Part shown: positions 63,355-64,000 of the stretch, piece after piece
How the letters are laid out: the number at the start of each line of letters is the position of its first letter
Position numbering within the stretch: the first letter of the stretch is position 1
Source: Chiloscyllium plagiosum
Lineage: Eukaryota
Assembly: GCF_004010195.1 (NCBI RefSeq)
Contig: NC_057714.1
Coordinates: 46,550,558 to 46,614,557, forward strand
Direction: 5' to 3'
DNA: 64,000 bases
Translations under genes and position numbers: made by a program
The notes under the pieces: generated by a model
The model's input: the letters and a program-made list of their open reading frames with translations, nothing else
Database searches by the model: none
What the model was told of the DNA's origin: nothing

Positions 63355-63478
63355 GAAAGTGAGGACTGTAGATGTTGGAGATCAGAGTCGAGAGTATGGT
63401 GCTGGAAAAGCACAGCACGTCGGGCAGCATCTGAGGAGCAGGAGAATCGACGTTTCGAGTATTGACCCTTCATCAGTA
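63355..63478 (-). mobile_element. Penelope terminal-repeat fragment with an intact hammerhead core
   Basis: Minus strand CTGATGA-a-GGGT-caat-ACTC-GAAACGTC. Confidence 0.7.
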
Positions 63479-64000
63479 AAGAAGAGCTGATTACCAAAAC
63501 TGAAATCTTAACTCTTCACCCCAACCAACAAAATAACAGCAACACCACCCTGTCTGAATTCTGGTCAAATGGCGATAAATACAGTATGTGACAAGTGTAT
63601 GTATTCGAGTTTTGAGGAAACCGGAAGAACTGCTTTTATTTGTTCGGTCCAAATATTTCCTTTTCCTTTCCAGAAAACAGTGACAATTGCTAATGCTTGG
63701 CAATTTCAACATCTTGTTTATCCATTGGTTTCTGCTCCAAAAAGGGTTGCATCTCTCTTTGTTGTTTGGTTTCCAGAAAACATTGGTAGCACTTAGTGGG
63801 TCAAAGAATATCTGTAGATGAAGCAAATTAACATGTCAGTGAAGGACCATATGTGAAAATATATTGTAGATTTAAAAAACAGTACAAGAAATGTGAAGGG
63901 CAAGAATGTGAATAAATTAAAATGATCTATAGAAAGTACTCAAGTGGAAAATGGGAAAGAACAGAAGTGATATTGCCATTAGAGTAAGTGACATATTGAG

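Noticed and set aside
1-64000. CRISPR arrays, prokaryotic operons, rRNA genes
   Set aside because: This is vertebrate intron-exon DNA with no regularly spaced repeat-spacer array and no rRNA-like sequence.

Overview
Eukaryotic, repeat-rich vertebrate DNA. The HE1/V-SINE, HER1/CR1 and Penelope repeat content points to a cartilaginous fish, probably a carpet or bamboo shark (inferred). The main feature is a 14-coding-exon gene on the minus strand (ATG 45854, stop 2293) that the ORF track mostly misses. I assembled it by hand from GT-AG sites with matching phases. It encodes a secreted mosaic protein of about 1520 aa: signal peptide, hyaluronan-binding Link module, about 760 aa Ser/Thr-rich region in one 2.6 kb exon, CUB, SRCR, and two tandem Caspr/CNTNAP-type fibrinogen-like domains. 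I do not recognise a named gene with this architecture. The giant exon has a one-base frameshift in this assembly. The gene lies head-to-head with exon 1 of CHMP5 (58431, + strand). Introns and intergenic DNA are packed with CR1 LINEs, tRNA-SINEs, a Deu-domain SINE and Penelope-like elements. The Penelope terminal repeats carry degenerate minimal hammerhead-ribozyme motifs and often occur as short TSD-flanked fold-back insertions. There is one 234-N gap.
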